This document shows positions 62,690 through 64,000 of a stretch of DNA of 64,000 bases, in pieces. The notes under the pieces are model-generated. The model did no database searches and was not told where the DNA came from. It saw only the letters and a list, made by a program, of their open reading frames with translations. Location of the stretch: contig CM119267.1 in NCBI GenBank assembly GCA_051294375.1, forward strand, positions 22,073,486 through 22,137,485. The letters run 5' to 3'. Every line of letters starts with the position of its first letter. Position 1 is the stretch's first letter. The DNA comes from Paraspadella gotoi. Lineage: Eukaryota > Animalia > Chaetognatha. Made by a program: the position numbers and the translations under genes.

Positions 62690-64000
62690 TCACAGGTAAA
62701 ACAACTTGTGCGCCAACTCCAATGACGGATCCTTATGAATGGATTGCCCGACCAAAAAGGCCAGCTTGTGGGCATATTGGCAAGGGGCGGGAACGCGAAC
62801 TGTCCCCGGCCAATTATAGTAGAGGTGGGTAAGCTTGAAAGTGAGACGTTGGATGTGGTCCGGCTTGAGGCCAGTGTTGTCCCAAATGACGTTGTAGGAG
62901 GTGGGAGTGACGGTCCCCTGGCGGACGGCTTGGGAAACGACGAAGAAGTCGTACCACTCGGGCTTAGTAACGGCCGAGTCAATGATGGTGCCCGGCGGCG
63001 GATTAGATAATTTGCCTCCGGCATCTCGAGAGATGAAACGCTGGTTGATCCTCTTCTTGACGACGATGCAGGCCCACTTGGGATTGTAATCAGCGGAAAA
63101 GGCTTTGAAGGAGCTCATGACCTGGGCGACTTCGTAACGGGAGACGGTTTCCAGCTGTCCGTCGGAAACGCCGTCGCGGTAAAAGATGATTCTCTCGGGC
63201 AACTCCCCTTCGTTCATCTCTTTCCACTCCTTAAGCGCGGCCATCATGCAGGTCTTCAAACCGTCGGCCAGCTCCATGTGCGTGTGCTGGCGAGTGGGGC
63301 GCGAGTAGTAGCGCGTGAGAGTGCGATTCATGGAGGCGACGAAGCCACCGATTGACTGACCCTTGGCGCTACTGTCGTGATGGCTGTCGAATCCGACGAC
63401 CATGACGCGTTTAAGAGGCATGTCCAGCGCCCAAATGTCGCCGCCCATTTTGGCGTTCATCTGCACGGCGATCTTGGTGGAGACCGACATCAGCATTTGC
63501 TGCTTGGAAAGCGTGCGGGCAACCACGCACTGCGACGGAACGGGCACGTCCACGCAGCAGAGCTTCTTTATAGCGTCGTAGCGATCCTTGCGATTGTTAG
63601 GCAAAACCGCGACGACGATGCTCACTTGTTCGCGACACGCTTCACGAATTGCGGAGCAATACGTCTCCGTTCGGTCGTCGTTGAGTTCGACGGCTTTGGC
63701 CGCCGAAAACTCCATCCCCATTGGCGGGGCTACACGGGCCAATGTAGACATGAAATTATGGGCGACGGCAGAATCGCGCTTCGTAAACACCATCGTCCAC
63801 GAGCGCAGAGGCATCGGCGTGAGCAGCTTCACTCCGCGCATCTCTTTCGCCCATTCCGCGTCCTGCGGTTTGTGCGCCGCGAGCTCCCTCTGTTGGTAAA
63901 TCTTTTCCCCGGGCAACTGGCGACCTTGAATCTCAAGAAGGCTTTTGTCGAAATTGATGCCCCACCTGTTGAGCTGCGATTTGGCAGAGTCGTTGCCGCC
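62690..64000 (-). CDS. PIWI-clade Argonaute (MID + PIWI domains; 5' end outside the window)
   Basis: RYDAIKKLCC; PSQCV; KIAVQMNAKMGG; VVGFD (catalytic D); YRDGV (D); KKRINQRF; VSQAVRQGTVTPT; HLYYNWPGTVRVPAPCQYAHKLA (H); LFYL* end. Confidence 0.96.
   Translation of the reverse strand, partial: GGNDSAKSQLNRWGINFDKSLLEIQGRQLPGEKIYQQRELAAHKPQDAEWAKEMRGVKLLTPMPLRSWTMVFTKRDSAVAHNFMSTLARVAPPMGMEFSAAKAVELNDDRTETYCSAIREACREQVSIVVAVLPNNRKDRYDAIKKLCCVDVPVPSQCVVARTLSKQQMLMSVSTKIAVQMNAKMGGDIWALDMPLKRVMVVGFDSHHDSSAKGQSIGGFVASMNRTLTRYYSRPTRQHTHMELADGLKTCMMAALKEWKEMNEGELPERIIFYRDGVSDGQLETVSRYEVAQVMSSFKAFSADYNPKWACIVVKKRINQRFISRDAGGKLSNPPPGTIIDSAVTKPEWYDFFVVSQAVRQGTVTPTSYNVIWDNTGLKPDHIQRLTFKLTHLYYNWPGTVRVPAPCQYAHKLAFLVGQSIHKDPSLELAHKLFYL

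Overview
Gene-dense animal (invertebrate-type) nuclear DNA with GC-rich exons, short AT-rich spliceosomal introns and (AG)n microsatellites. The first ~1.5 kb is gap-ridden and duplicates nearby sequence (assembly artefact). One + strand gene (tandem-TIR protein ending in a CaaX box) is followed by 19 consecutive non-nested genes on the - strand, from right to left: PIWI, TMEM53-like, NTPCR, CDK5RAP1, LMF2, XPA, PFDN5, RPL6, FBXO31, FDX2, truncated TRIM37-like, PNPLA8, truncated nischarin-like PX protein, RabX6-like, LARS1, NOX, a frameshifted hnRNP A/B-like gene, a hidden 4-exon Ly6/three-finger gene and a TRPM channel. Stop-to-ATG spacers are as short as 87-99 nt and contain unpaired 3' splice acceptors, which points to a very large trans-spliced operon. 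Also seen: an antisense Ig-domain gene nested in a LARS1 intron, at least five GC-AG introns, a solo-LTR-like repeat family with 4-bp target-site duplications, a TIR element with an internal minisatellite, and a dispersed octamer-containing hairpin. All calls are by eye from motifs; no database search was run.
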